Positions 1-10,455 are shown, numbered from the stretch's first letter. The stretch is DNA of 64,000 nucleotides from an uncultured delta proteobacterium (GCA_963727625.1 CAVSHR010000004.1:1472001-1536000), one strand, 5' to 3'. Program-made: numbers and translations. Notes: a model not told the origin generated them from the sequence alone.

Positions 1-1
1 T

Positions 2-559
2 TCACCGCCGCCGGGGATTTCGTTTCAACGCATTCCGCCGGACAAAAGCATGGCGACCATGCTGGTGAACAATGAAATCGACGTGGCGCCCATCGCCGGG
101 CACCTGTCGCGCGTCGTCAATGTCATTGACCGATCGACCCATCTTCGCGGCGCAGAAGGCGACTGGTCGAAGGTCAAGCCGCTGTTTCCCGATGAGATCG
201 CCGAAGCCAAACGCTTCGTAGCCGAACATGGTTTCGTGCCGGTCAATCACACCTACATCATCCGCGGCGACGTGTATCGGGAGAACCCCGGGATTGCGGT
301 AAAATTATACGAGGCTTTCGCCGAAGCGAAAGCGCAGGCGGCAGCAACCCTGCTCGAGCGTGCGCCCGCGGCCCTCGTTTTCGGCGCCGAATATCTCGCG
401 ATGACAAAAACGATACTCGGCGAGGACCCGTTTCCGTACGGCATTAAAGCCAACCGGACAATGCTCGAAACCATTATCAATTTTTCCCACGAGCAGGGGC
501 TTACATCGCGCAAAATGAGAGTCGATGAGCTATTCGCCGAGGAAACGCTGAACACGTGA
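2..559 (+). CDS. 4,5-dihydroxyphthalate decarboxylase-like PBP-fold protein (5' end outside window)
   Basis: Frame is open from base 2 (SPPPGISFQRIPPDKSM...). C-terminus has PVNHTYIIR and DPFPYGIKANR and closely parallels the next gene. Confidence 0.8.
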   Translation, partial: SPPPGISFQRIPPDKSMATMLVNNEIDVAPIAGHLSRVVNVIDRSTHLRGAEGDWSKVKPLFPDEIAEAKRFVAEHGFVPVNHTYIIRGDVYRENPGIAVKLYEAFAEAKAQAAATLLERAPAALVFGAEYLAMTKTILGEDPFPYGIKANRTMLETIINFSHEQGLTSRKMRVDELFAEETLNT

Positions 560-628
560 ACCGGGAGCGCGGCGTGCCGTGCCCCCGGGCCGAAGAACGA
601 CAAAGCAAGACCGGAGGAGCAAGACCAG

Positions 629-1642
629 ATGTCCAAAATCAGATTGAGCTTCATTTCCGCTTTCAACGAACGGGTCGACCCATTGATGAAGGGACAAGTC
701 CAGGCCGAAGGCATTGAAATCGTGCCGACCTACTCCCATCCCTCCGAGACCTTCTGGCGCCAGCTCAAGTTCCAGGAATTCGAAGTCGGCGAGATGTCGA
801 TGTCCTCCTACCTGATCGCCCGCGAACGGGGTTTCGACATGATCGCCTTACCCGTTTTTCCGAGCCGGCGGCTTTTTCACACCGAGCTTTCTTACCACAC
901 CGACTCGGGAATCACGAAGCCGGAAGATCTCGCCGGCAAACGCATCGGCATCGGCGAATACCAGCAGACCGCGGCACTTTGGCAGCGAGGCATTCTTGAG
1001 CATGATTTCGACGTTTCCCAGTATAAAGTCCATTGGTACATGGAGCGCACGGAGGAACTGAGCCATGGCGGAGCTACCGGTTTTATGCCGCCGCCGGGCA
1101 TTTCGTTTCAAAGAATCCCGCCGGACAAGAGCATGGCTTCCATGCTGGTCAATCATGAATTGGACGTTGCCGGTATCAACAGTCCGTGGAAGAACATGCC
1201 TAACGTCATCGGCCGTTCGTTTCGCATTCCAGGCTTGGAGGGCGACTGGAGCAAGGTAAAACTGCTTTTTTCCGACCGCATGGCCGAAGGCAAACGCTTT
1301 TTCCAGAAGTGGGGCTTTTTGCCGGTCAACCACGCGTACACGATCCGCGGCGACATCTATAAAAAATATCCCTGGGTCGCCTTCAACCTTTACGCGGCTT
1401 TCGTCAAAGCCAAGGCGGCGTTTAACGCAAAACTCCTTGACAGTATCCCGTCCGGACTGTTTTTTGGCAAAGAATACCTGGCGATGACTCAGGAGATCTT
1501 CGGCGCCGACCCCTATCCCTACGGCGTCAAAGCCAACAGAAAGATGCTCGAAACCCTCATGGACTTTTCCCATGAACAAGGGCTTACAAGTAAGAAAGCA
1601 CAAATTGAAGAATTGTTTGCTAAAAGCACGTTAGATCTATAA
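629..1642 (+). CDS. 4,5-dihydroxyphthalate decarboxylase-like (OphC/Pht5 family) protein
   Basis: 337 aa with EFEVGEMSMSSY, ALPVFPSR, KRIGIGEYQQTAALW and DPYPYGVKANR. RBS GGAGGA upstream; no signal peptide. Confidence 0.8.
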   Translation: MSKIRLSFISAFNERVDPLMKGQVQAEGIEIVPTYSHPSETFWRQLKFQEFEVGEMSMSSYLIARERGFDMIALPVFPSRRLFHTELSYHTDSGITKPEDLAGKRIGIGEYQQTAALWQRGILEHDFDVSQYKVHWYMERTEELSHGGATGFMPPPGISFQRIPPDKSMASMLVNHELDVAGINSPWKNMPNVIGRSFRIPGLEGDWSKVKLLFSDRMAEGKRFFQKWGFLPVNHAYTIRGDIYKKYPWVAFNLYAAFVKAKAAFNAKLLDSIPSGLFFGKEYLAMTQEIFGADPYPYGVKANRKMLETLMDFSHEQGLTSKKAQIEELFAKSTLDL

Positions 1643-1673
1643 AAAGAAAAGAAAAACCTCAGGAGGAAGCAAA

Positions 1674-2654
1674 TTGGCAAAAAATCGAATGAAGACCATC
1701 GCCCTTCTTATCTTGAGTCTTCTGTTAGGTTGCGTCGCGCGCGGAGATGCCGCCGCCGCTAGGACGATCACCTTTGCCTACAACACACCGACTCTAAGCG
1801 GCACCTTGCCAATCGTGGTGGCGCAGGACTTCGGCTTCTTCGCCAAGGAGGGATTGGAAGTAAGAACGGTTTTTATTCGAGGCGGTCCGACCGCCATGGC
1901 GGCACTCCTCGGCGGCGGCGTGGACTACACCTTCGTCGCCGGAGTCGCCTCGGTCCGCGCGATCGCCAAAAACGCGCCGATGCAAATCATCAGCGGTATC
2001 CAACCGTATATGGACTATACGCTGATTGCCGCTAAGGGCATCAACGGCGTCAATGATCTCAAAGGTAAAATCGTCGGCGTCACCGGGCCCGGGGGCGTGT
2101 CGGAGTTTGCCGCGGTTGAAGGTCTGGCCAAAAAAGGCTTGGTGCGTGACCGGGATTATAAAATCCTCTACGGCGTGGGCAATAGCCCAGCCCGTGCCCA
2201 AGCCCTCGAGAGCGGAAAGATTCAGGCTTCACCATTTTCTTTTTTGGAGAAACTAAAGCTCGAGAAAAAAGGCTTCATGCCGCTCTTCGATATCGGCGAA
2301 GTGATCCCGGGCTTTCCCTTCGTCGTGATCGTTTCGACGAATCAAACGATTGAAAGGGAACCGCAAGAAATTGTCGCACTGTTGCGTGCGATCAACCGGG
2401 GTCTGGACTTTCTTAAGAAGAACCGGGGTCAAGTCGCCGACGCGGTCATTAGGAAAAACAAATTCGGCGACCCAGCTACGGTGCGCCAAGTGATCAACCG
2501 ATTTGCCGACAAGTACTCGATCGCCATCGACAGGCAGGATATCGAGGCGCTCATCGCCGCCACGCACATCGAGGCGGAGGCGAAAAAGCTCGGCGGCCCG
2601 GAGAAATTCTTTACCCGGCAATTCTTAATCAAGGCTAGCGAACAAAACAAGTAA
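1674..2654 (+). CDS. ABC substrate-binding protein, NMT1/SsuA-like
   Basis: Signal peptide, GFFAKEGLEV and DLKGKIVGVT motifs. AGGAGG precedes the TTG start. Confidence 0.8.
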   Translation: MAKNRMKTIALLILSLLLGCVARGDAAAARTITFAYNTPTLSGTLPIVVAQDFGFFAKEGLEVRTVFIRGGPTAMAALLGGGVDYTFVAGVASVRAIAKNAPMQIISGIQPYMDYTLIAAKGINGVNDLKGKIVGVTGPGGVSEFAAVEGLAKKGLVRDRDYKILYGVGNSPARAQALESGKIQASPFSFLEKLKLEKKGFMPLFDIGEVIPGFPFVVIVSTNQTIEREPQEIVALLRAINRGLDFLKKNRGQVADAVIRKNKFGDPATVRQVINRFADKYSIAIDRQDIEALIAATHIEAEAKKLGGPEKFFTRQFLIKASEQNK

Positions 2655-2737
2655 GGACAGTCACGGCTCTAGAGTTTTCGCTCCTTTCCCACGAGACGCT
2701 AGACTCTAGACGAGTTCCACGACCAGGATAATTGACT

Positions 2738-3685
2738 ATGGCACAAGATCTCGACCTGACCCTCATGCTCGCCGACTATCATCGCACCCGCCCTTTGCTT
2801 AACGGCGAGGTCACGGCCAAGGGAATCCATCTTCAGCCCCGCCGCGCCGAGACCGGGGAAGCTTGCATGCGGCCGGTCTACGAGGAATTCGACATCGCCG
2901 AGATGTCGCTCTCCTGGTACATGATGGCGCGCTGCCGAAACGAGCCGGTGATCGCCCTGCCGATCTTTCCCCTGCGCATGCAGATCCATCCGTATATTTT
3001 TTGTTCACCCGCTTCGGGCATCGAGAAGCCGGAGGACCTGAAGGGCAAAAAGATCGGCATGGACGAATACCGCTTGACGGTCGGCCTGTGGGCCAGAGGG
3101 ATTCTACAGGAGCATTACGGCCTACGCCCCGAAGAATGCGAATGGTTCACTTCCGATCCCGAACGCGCCGGCTACCAGCCGCCCGAGAACGTAAAAATCA
3201 CTGTGGTGGACGAGCCGACCGAGGCCCTGCTGTTGCGCGGCGAGATCGACGCCCTCATCCCGCCCAACATCGTGCCGTCGTTTCGCGCCAAGGATCCGCG
3301 CATTCGCCGCGTCTTCAAAGACATTCGCTCGACCGTGAACGAATATTATCAAAAGAGCAAAATCTTTCCGATTACCCACACTCTGGTCGTGCGCCAGTCG
3401 CTGTTCGACCAGCATCCTTGGTTGGCTTCCAGCCTGTTGAACGCCTTCACCGAGGCGGAAGAGCGCTGCCGAAAATCCTACGAATACGCCAAGCGCTCGG
3501 CGTTTCCTTCGGCGGTTTTGATCTTGGAAGAAGAGGAAGAGCGCTTTGGCACAAACCCCTGGGGCCACGGACTCACGCCGGAAAATCAAGTGGTGCTGGA
3601 AAAATTCGTCCAGTACGCGCACGAGCAAGGCTACATTCCCTATCGTGCGCCGCTCAGCGATTTGTTTGCTCCCGTAGGGAACTAA
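2738..3685 (+). CDS. 4,5-dihydroxyphthalate decarboxylase-like protein (divergent paralog)
   Basis: FDIAEMSLS, IALPIFP, DLKGKKIG..EY..TVGLWARGIL and FPITHTLVVR motifs. Confidence 0.78.
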   Translation: MAQDLDLTLMLADYHRTRPLLNGEVTAKGIHLQPRRAETGEACMRPVYEEFDIAEMSLSWYMMARCRNEPVIALPIFPLRMQIHPYIFCSPASGIEKPEDLKGKKIGMDEYRLTVGLWARGILQEHYGLRPEECEWFTSDPERAGYQPPENVKITVVDEPTEALLLRGEIDALIPPNIVPSFRAKDPRIRRVFKDIRSTVNEYYQKSKIFPITHTLVVRQSLFDQHPWLASSLLNAFTEAEERCRKSYEYAKRSAFPSAVLILEEEEERFGTNPWGHGLTPENQVVLEKFVQYAHEQGYIPYRAPLSDLFAPVGN

Positions 3686-3709
3686 TGTTTCACGATCTAA
3701 AAACCGTCA

Positions 3710-4144
3710 TTAACCCACGAGCGGGTTCACTACATTAAGGTTGGGGAAGCGACCGAAGTCACGATCCGAGGTCCACAGCTCGCGCACGCCATGATCCCGG
3801 CAGATGGCTGCGACCCGTGCGTCGTGAACTTGCGGCCCACTGATCCGGCCTTGCTCCAGCGCTGAGCGAAGTTCCGGCCAATAACCTTCAGTTTCCGCGA
3901 GAACCACCAAGTTTGGCGACTCAAACCAGGCTTCCACCTGATCGATGGCTGCGGCAAGCGGTGTCGGCGGAGCATAAATCCGCGGATGAGTTACAATCGC
4001 CAGGAATTCGTGAATACATGGCCAAGGAATCGCCCACGGGGACCGACCCTCTGCGAGTCCAGCGATTTTCATGAGAGCGCCATCGTGCCAAGGGGAATCC
4101 GCCCGATGAGCGTAAACCAGGATATTGGTATCGACGGCAATCAT
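3710..4144 (-). CDS. vapC: VapC PIN-domain toxin
   Basis: AVDTNILVYA, VHDARVAA and TSDRDF PIN motifs. 4-bp overlap with the antitoxin. Confidence 0.9.
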   Translation of the reverse strand: MIAVDTNILVYAHRADSPWHDGALMKIAGLAEGRSPWAIPWPCIHEFLAIVTHPRIYAPPTPLAAAIDQVEAWFESPNLVVLAETEGYWPELRSALEQGRISGPQVHDARVAAICRDHGVRELWTSDRDFGRFPNLNVVNPLVG

Positions 4145-4386
4145 CCGCCCCTTCCCTGGTAAATGGTCTCGCGGATTCTCTCCCAGGTCGCATCTTCCAC
4201 GCCGGGCTGAATCCCCTTCCCTTTAAACGCGGCCTTCCGCAAACGAAACGCGCTTCGGCTCTTTCGTTCGGCAACGACTTTTCTCAGCCCCTGCTCAACG
4301 AACGCTCGGACCGTGGTTCCTTCCTTGGCTGCGAGCTTCTTAGCTTCATCCAGAAGAGAATCAGATATCTCTATGGTTGTCTTCAT
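4141..4386 (-). CDS. vapB: VapB antitoxin (ribbon-helix-helix type)
   Basis: 81 aa starting MKTTIEISDSLLDEAK, upstream of and coupled to the PIN gene. Confidence 0.88.
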   Translation of the reverse strand: MKTTIEISDSLLDEAKKLAAKEGTTVRAFVEQGLRKVVAERKSRSAFRLRKAAFKGKGIQPGVEDATWERIRETIYQGRGG

Positions 4387-5190
4387 ATGGTTATATGTAT
4401 CATAACAACCATCTATATTTCAACGACCTTTGGCTCACTGGCGCTCTGCGTAGGCGAATGCAATGAATCGAAAACAAAGCCGTACGCCGCGTTACCCGGC
4501 GCTCGGCTCTAAGAATCATACAATGAATACTGTCTTGAGCGATTTAGGATTGCAGTGATCGGATGGGTTTTGACCACAATCCGGCACGGAACGATCGGTG
4601 CTGACAGAGAGGGTCAGGCGCATGCGGATCAAAACCCGATCGACTCAAGCCTTGGGTGAAGCGAAAGCGTTTCTCGGGAAAGTTTTTCTCTGATGATTTT
4701 ATGCAATCGAGACGACGCAAATTGATGAGCTAAAATATCCGCCATTCAGGACCCACAAAACGCCCTCCTTTCCCTCTGTGAATCGAGAACATTTACCTTA
4801 GGATGGAATCGTGCGACGCTTCAGTTTCATATGACGATGGTAAGGTAGCGGAGAATTCAAAGTAATTGCAAAAGTCGCCAAACCGGGTCTTTGCGCGTTC
4901 AGCGCGTGCGAAGATTCGGCAGCTCCGTGACCAGTTTCGAGTGGTCACCGCTCTCCTCTCCACTTGTTGATGGCTTAAACAACACGGTCCCAGGCTGTGT
5001 ACAACCTACTCGTTTCTTGCGCAGCCGCATAATTGAGAAAATCTAACTTGATGATCAGAGGCTCGCGGTGATGGCACCGAAAATCAGAATCATCACCAAG
5101 CCGGACCAGGCGAATAAACCGGCTCTCCGAGAGGTCGAAGCCGAATCCTGAGGCATGCCTTTGCCTTTTCCTTCATCTTTCTTTTTCCAT

Positions 5191-6117
5191 TTACCGCTTC
5201 AACATGCCCAACTTCTCCATCGCGTCACGCACCAGCTTCACTTCGCCCTCCGGCACCGGCACCTGTGGCGCACGCACGACAAAGTTGTCCATCAATCCGG
5301 CGAAATAAGCCGCGACCTTGTAGCGGCTGTGCTTGTAGACGTTGGGCGCCTTGTACACCGCGGCTTCGAGCTCCCAGTTGATCTGATGCAGCTTGCGCGC
5401 CTCGTCCAGGTCGCCGTCCATGACGGCTTTGAACAGATTGCAGCAAAACTCCGGGGCAAAGTTGGCAAAGCCGGTGAGCGCCCCGTCGGCGCCGGTGACG
5501 AAATGTTGGAACAGCGAGGAAGTCGCAAGCACCGAGACATGGCGCGGCAACTCGCGCATGCCGCGCAGCACCTGCTCGTAGCGGCGGATGTTGGCGCCGC
5601 TGGCCACTTTGATGGCGACCACCGAGTCCACGGCTCGGGCGATGCGCACCGCGGTGTCCGGCGAATAGCCGGAGGCTACCGCCGCCGGATAGTGAAAAAT
5701 CGTGATCGGGATCTCCACCGCCTTGGCGATATCGTGAAAATATTGAATGGCGAATTCGGGGTTGATCCGCGAGTCCCAGTCGTAGACATGGGGAGGCGTC
5801 AACATGATCGCGGCGGCGCCGGCCGCTTTGGCTTCCTGTGTTTGCTGGATCGCCTCGCGCGTCGATAGCGCTTCGATACCCGCGACCACCCGTTGGTCGC
5901 TACGGATCTCCTCGCGGATGATCTCGATGCAACGCACCCGCTCTTCACGGCTGAGAGTCGCGCCCTCCCCCGCCCCGGCGTTGCAAACGATCGCCGTGAC
6001 GCCTGCGGGCTTCGCCTGATAACGGATCAATCTGCGCAAGCCCGGCTCGTCGAGATCGTAGTTTTCCTTAAATGGGGTAACGTTAGCGCTCAGAATTCCT
6101 TCGAGCTTAAAATCCAT
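5191..6117 (-). CDS. DapA/NanA-family Schiff-base lyase (probably not true DapA)
   Basis: VTPF motif, AGAGEG in place of GTTGE, catalytic Lys in VAIKVAS, GADGAL. Confidence 0.85.
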   Translation of the reverse strand: MDFKLEGILSANVTPFKENYDLDEPGLRRLIRYQAKPAGVTAIVCNAGAGEGATLSREERVRCIEIIREEIRSDQRVVAGIEALSTREAIQQTQEAKAAGAAAIMLTPPHVYDWDSRINPEFAIQYFHDIAKAVEIPITIFHYPAAVASGYSPDTAVRIARAVDSVVAIKVASGANIRRYEQVLRGMRELPRHVSVLATSSLFQHFVTGADGALTGFANFAPEFCCNLFKAVMDGDLDEARKLHQINWELEAAVYKAPNVYKHSRYKVAAYFAGLMDNFVVRAPQVPVPEGEVKLVRDAMEKLGMLKR

Positions 6118-6156
6118 ATCGACAATTCCTTATGACTTGAAATTATTTCCGGCGCA

Positions 6157-7167
6157 TCATTTGGCGCGGTCGACGTTCTTGAAAAAACCGATTTGTTCGA
6201 GCTCACGCACAAACTGATTATCGATCTGATCGTCGATCGATAGCGATCGCACGGCCGCTTCCTTCTTATCTAAAAACGCTTTGATCACCGCGATGCCCGC
6301 CCGGCTCGGATACGGAATGGCGGGCATATAGCGCGGATAGTTCTTCTGGGTTTCATCGATCACCACCGGGTCGTCGATCTTGAGCCGCGCTTTCATGACC
6401 TTCCTTACGGATTCGGGATCGCTTCTAAATAACGCCATCGCTTCCGCGATCGACTTGACGACATTTCGCACCACATCGGGGTTCTGCTTGATGAACGCGC
6501 GCCGGGTCACCACCCCTGCCACTTGATAATCCGGAACCAGATCCGCCACGTCGGCAAGCTCGCGATAGCCTTCCTGCTTCGCTCGCGCCAGCGTCGGCAA
6601 AGAGAGCGGTCCGCCATAGATCTTCCCCGACTCCATGCCGGCCAAAATCGGCGGCACCCCTCCCATTTGCAAAATCGGCACGTCGATCTCGGGTTCGAAT
6701 CCCCATTTTTCCAACGACAAGCGGAGCAACATATCCGTCGACGAGCCGTAACGAGTGATGCCCATCGGCTTGCCCTTGAGCTCGCGATAGTCCTTGATCT
6801 CAGGGCGCACGATGATCGAAAACGGCGGCTTGGTCACCATCCCTAGGATCATCACCGTGTCGTTGCCGTGGGCGTTGACGCGGAAGACCGGCTCGATACC
6901 TTGTATGCCGATCGGCGTGGTGCCGCCAAGCAGCGATTGCATCGCCTGCGATCCTGCGACGTAAACCAACTCGACGTCGAGACCGTTCTTCGCGAACAAT
7001 CCCTTATCGGCGGCGAGCCAGGTCACAACCGCGGCTCCCGAGATCGAACTATAGGCCACCCGCAGCTGAGTCTTTGCCGACGCAGTGCAGGCAAGCGAAG
7101 TCAACGACGCCACGGCGAATACGAACACCGCGAGAATTAACTTCCCGCGCCCCAAATAAGTTTTCAT
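6157..7167 (-). CDS. ABC substrate-binding protein, NMT1/SsuA-like
   Basis: Signal peptide, GLFAKNGLDVELV and ELKGKPMGITRYGSSTD motifs. Confidence 0.82.
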   Translation of the reverse strand: MKTYLGRGKLILAVFVFAVASLTSLACTASAKTQLRVAYSSISGAAVVTWLAADKGLFAKNGLDVELVYVAGSQAMQSLLGGTTPIGIQGIEPVFRVNAHGNDTVMILGMVTKPPFSIIVRPEIKDYRELKGKPMGITRYGSSTDMLLRLSLEKWGFEPEIDVPILQMGGVPPILAGMESGKIYGGPLSLPTLARAKQEGYRELADVADLVPDYQVAGVVTRRAFIKQNPDVVRNVVKSIAEAMALFRSDPESVRKVMKARLKIDDPVVIDETQKNYPRYMPAIPYPSRAGIAVIKAFLDKKEAAVRSLSIDDQIDNQFVRELEQIGFFKNVDRAK

Positions 7168-7205
7168 CGGAGATCTCCTTCTGAAAGCTGATCACTGACC
7201 ACTTT

Positions 7206-7985
7206 TCACTTCTTATGAAACTCTTTTGTCCCCGCGTAGGCGCGCGGATTGACCAGTGCATGTTCTTCCTGCATCAGCCAGGCGATTTCGGCGGCCAGCG
7301 GCACGCTTGCCGCTTCCATCGATGAATGCGCCGCCATCTTGCAGTATCGCAGCGTGGTCTTGTCGAACTTGCCGATCTCCTCGCCCCACTTCCAGGCTTC
7401 ATCTTGCAAGCGCTCGTGCGGCACCACGCGGTTGACCAAACCCGCGTTCATGGATTTCTTGGCGTCCCAATTTTCTCCGGTAAGAATCAATTCGAAGGCC
7501 AGCTTCGTCGGGATCAAGGTCTTAAACATCGTCGCGATGATCGGATAGGGCAAAAAGCCGCGTTTGATTTCCGGCAATCCGAACTGCGCCCGGTCCGACG
7601 CGATCGCGAGATCGTGCGGCAGCAGGAGCGTGATGCCGCCGCCGAGACAGAAGCCGTTGACCGCCGCGATAGTCACTTTCGGGAAAGTTCGAATCACTTC
7701 GGCGAGGTGATAGGCGCGCGGCTCGTTGCGCCGATCCCTGCCGCGGTTCTGACCGCCCTCGGTGGGAAACTCGGAAAGATCCCGTCCGGCGCAGTAGGCC
7801 ACGTCCCCCGCACCCGTGGTGAGAACCACAGCGATCGAATCGTCGTGGCGCAGCTCTTCGAACAGCCTCAAAATCTCGCGGATGGCGTCCCGGCTCAAAG
7901 CGTTTCGCTTATCCGGCCGGTTAATGGTAATCTTCGCCACCGCGCCGCGCGTTTCCAATAAAGTAAACTTGCCTTCCTTGATCAT
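7206..7985 (-). CDS. Enoyl-CoA hydratase/isomerase (crotonase family)
   Basis: INRPDKRNAL, YCAGRDL, AAVNGFCLGGG and FGLPEIKRG motifs. Confidence 0.9.
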   Translation of the reverse strand: MIKEGKFTLLETRGAVAKITINRPDKRNALSRDAIREILRLFEELRHDDSIAVVLTTGAGDVAYCAGRDLSEFPTEGGQNRGRDRRNEPRAYHLAEVIRTFPKVTIAAVNGFCLGGGITLLLPHDLAIASDRAQFGLPEIKRGFLPYPIIATMFKTLIPTKLAFELILTGENWDAKKSMNAGLVNRVVPHERLQDEAWKWGEEIGKFDKTTLRYCKMAAHSSMEAASVPLAAEIAWLMQEEHALVNPRAYAGTKEFHKK

Positions 7986-8103
7986 GAATTATTCCTTTCC
8001 ATGGCGTTGCTCTCTACGCGAATAACACCGGCCCAACAGCAGGTCAAACGGCATTCCTGTCCTATTCTGCGAATCTTGGATCCGGGATTTCGAAGCCGCT
8101 TTT

Positions 8104-8130
8104 TGTCGTTCCGAGCCGAGCGAGGAATCT
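8104..8130. repeat. REP-like extragenic element
   Basis: TGTCGTTCCGAGCCGAGCGAGGAATCT resembles the GTCATTCCGAGCGAAGCGAGGAATCT class of short palindromic repeats. Single copy here. Confidence 0.45.
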
Positions 8131-8217
8131 TTTCAGGCTTTTATCGTCGGTTCAAAACTGACATCAGTGGCAAGTGAAGCTTGCAAGACTTTTCCTGGTC
8201 GGATATCTCCAAACATC

Positions 8218-9066
8218 ATGGAATCGACCCTCTGCCAAGTGAGTCAATCCGCCTACGCGATCGTCGGACCGGAAGGCGCGACAAATTTTTCTATTATCAA
8301 GGGGTCCGATAATTCCGCGGTTCTCATCGACGCGGATATCCGGCGCATCGACGAAGTCGAGAAAGCGCTTCGATTGACCGGCTGCTCCCAGGTCAAGCAC
8401 CTGATCGACACCCACGAGCACTTCGATCACACTTCGGCAAATTTCTATTTCCGCCGCCGCGGCGTGCCGATCGTCGCCAGCTCCGGCTGCGCCGGGGCCA
8501 TGCGCGACGAGGGGGGAGCCGATTTCGAGCGCATGATGAAGCCCGTGGCCGAGCTCTACGATCGCTTTCCCGGTCTTTGCTTGACCCTGCCGGACACCGT
8601 CTTTAACGATGAAACCCAAGTGACACTGCCCGGTGTCACGCTGCATTTGAAATACCGCGCGGAGAACGGCCACAGCCACAGCAAAGGCGACACCACGATC
8701 TACTTCGAGGAAGATGAAGTTTTCATCGCCGGCGATCTGCTCTACACCGAAGTGCATCCGGTGACCTTTTTCGGCAACATTCCCAATTGGCTCACGGCGC
8801 TCAAGCCGCTCTTTCAAAACCGCTACAAACAATTGGTACCGGGCCACGGTCCGACGGTGGAAGGCGACCAAGCGGGACGGAGTTACTTTAAACGCATGTA
8901 CGACTACCTCGAGGACTTTCACGACAACTTGCAAGAGATCAAATCCGGCCGCAAAAGCCGCGACGAGGTTACCAAGCATATGCTCGGCGGCGGTTACGCC
9001 GCACTCGGCAAGACCCGCATGGTGGAGCGAAATATCAACCAGTTTCTGACCGGAGCGTGGTATTGA
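8218..9066 (+). CDS. Metallo-beta-lactamase-fold hydrolase
   Basis: THEHFDH, HSKGD, AGDL and PGHG metal-binding motifs. Confidence 0.88.
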   Translation: MESTLCQVSQSAYAIVGPEGATNFSIIKGSDNSAVLIDADIRRIDEVEKALRLTGCSQVKHLIDTHEHFDHTSANFYFRRRGVPIVASSGCAGAMRDEGGADFERMMKPVAELYDRFPGLCLTLPDTVFNDETQVTLPGVTLHLKYRAENGHSHSKGDTTIYFEEDEVFIAGDLLYTEVHPVTFFGNIPNWLTALKPLFQNRYKQLVPGHGPTVEGDQAGRSYFKRMYDYLEDFHDNLQEIKSGRKSRDEVTKHMLGGGYAALGKTRMVERNINQFLTGAWY

Positions 9067-9427
9067 ATGGGGCCAGCTTTGCCTCAAAATCGACATTGTT
9101 CTGTCGAACATCCAATTTCATCGGCGTGAGCGGCAAAGGTTTCAACTGTCGCAAATACGAAGGGCAAGAAAGTTGCGGATACGGAGATTTTCACAAATTT
9201 AATGCGCTTCAAACTACTATGTTTGAGAGTTTTCGCGGCTTGCACAAATTTCCCGACACATGAAACAGCTCGGATTCGGATCTTCCCCCCCAAGGCGCCA
9301 AGGACGCCAAGTTCGGAAAAATAGTTTCCGCTTTCTTTGCGGGAGATACTCCGAGATTTGGCTGCAGCTCTGCCGCTCGGGGTGATTCGTGGTGAGTTAT
9401 TCTTATTCACGAGTACCGCCGCACTAT

Positions 9428-9457
9428 TGACACGAGCCTGCTGAGATCAATATGGTA
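9428..9457 (+). promoter_or_regulatory. Putative sigma70 promoter
   Basis: TTGACA-N18-TATGGT about 30 bp before the ATG at 9490. Confidence 0.4.
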
Positions 9458-9489
9458 GCGCCTAAACAAATCGGCAGCGGAGGTCACTC

Positions 9490-10455
9490 ATGGAACCCCT
9501 TCCTCGTGGAGCGAATTTTCAGCGCGCCTTGATGCTTTGGGAAATCGGCTTGCACATCGCCGGCAACCCCAACACCCCCTATTACGGCCCGCGCGACATG
9601 TGCATCTCGGTCGGCAGCGGCTCCAATGAAACTTTCAAGCCCTGGCTGCGCATGTCCACCGGCTCGCCGATCCTCGCCCACGGGGTCTGCAAGAATGAAT
9701 TGGAAGCGGCGATGATCAACCCCTCGGGATTGCTTACTCAAGCCTATCGCGGCACCGGGATTTTTCCCCAGAAATTGCCGGTTCGAATTATCGCGGTCTA
9801 TCCGTCGCTGGATCATTTCGTCTACGTCATTCACCCGCGCACCGGGCTTAAGTCGTTGGCCGAGATCAAGGAGAAAAAATATCCGCTGCGACTGTCAATC
9901 CGCGAAGACGCCACCCACTCCACCCGCGTGCTGGTGGACCAGACGCTGGCAGCCTACGGCATGACGGTAAAAGACATCGAATCCTGGGGCGGCAAACTGC
10001 AGCTCAACGGCGGCCCCGGCGACGCGCGGCGCATGAAAGCGATTCGCGAAGGCACGATCGACGCGATCTTCGACGAAGGTTTGCCGCTGTGGTTCGAGCC
10101 CGCGCTGGCGGCGGGCATGCAGCCGGTCACGCTGGATGATCATGCCTTTAAATCTCTGGTCGATGACCTCGGCTGGCGCCGCTATACGATCAAGCCCGGC
10201 CGCTTCACGGGACTCGATGCCGATTACACCTGCATCGACTACAGCGGCTGGCCGATCTATACCCGCGCCGCCCTGCCCGACGACGATGCCTACAAGATCT
10301 GCGATGCCATCGCCGCTCGCAAAGATCAAATGTTCTGGGAGGATTCCTACACCGGAGTCGGCCAGTTGGGCGAAAACACCGACGCCACCCCGCGCGACGT
10401 GCCGCTCCACCCCGGTGCGGAGAAGTGGTACCGGGAGCATGGATTCAAGGTATGA
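9490..10455 (+). CDS. TAXI-family TRAP solute receptor-like protein
   Basis: C-terminal DVPLHPGAEKWYRE signature and GLKSLAEIK. No evident signal peptide. Confidence 0.75.
   Translation: MEPLPRGANFQRALMLWEIGLHIAGNPNTPYYGPRDMCISVGSGSNETFKPWLRMSTGSPILAHGVCKNELEAAMINPSGLLTQAYRGTGIFPQKLPVRIIAVYPSLDHFVYVIHPRTGLKSLAEIKEKKYPLRLSIREDATHSTRVLVDQTLAAYGMTVKDIESWGGKLQLNGGPGDARRMKAIREGTIDAIFDEGLPLWFEPALAAGMQPVTLDDHAFKSLVDDLGWRRYTIKPGRFTGLDADYTCIDYSGWPIYTRAALPDDDAYKICDAIAARKDQMFWEDSYTGVGQLGENTDATPRDVPLHPGAEKWYREHGFKV

Noticed and set aside
4390-5190. 800-bp intergenic region as an ncRNA or gene
   Set aside because: Only short ORFs without motifs and no RNA family I can recognise.
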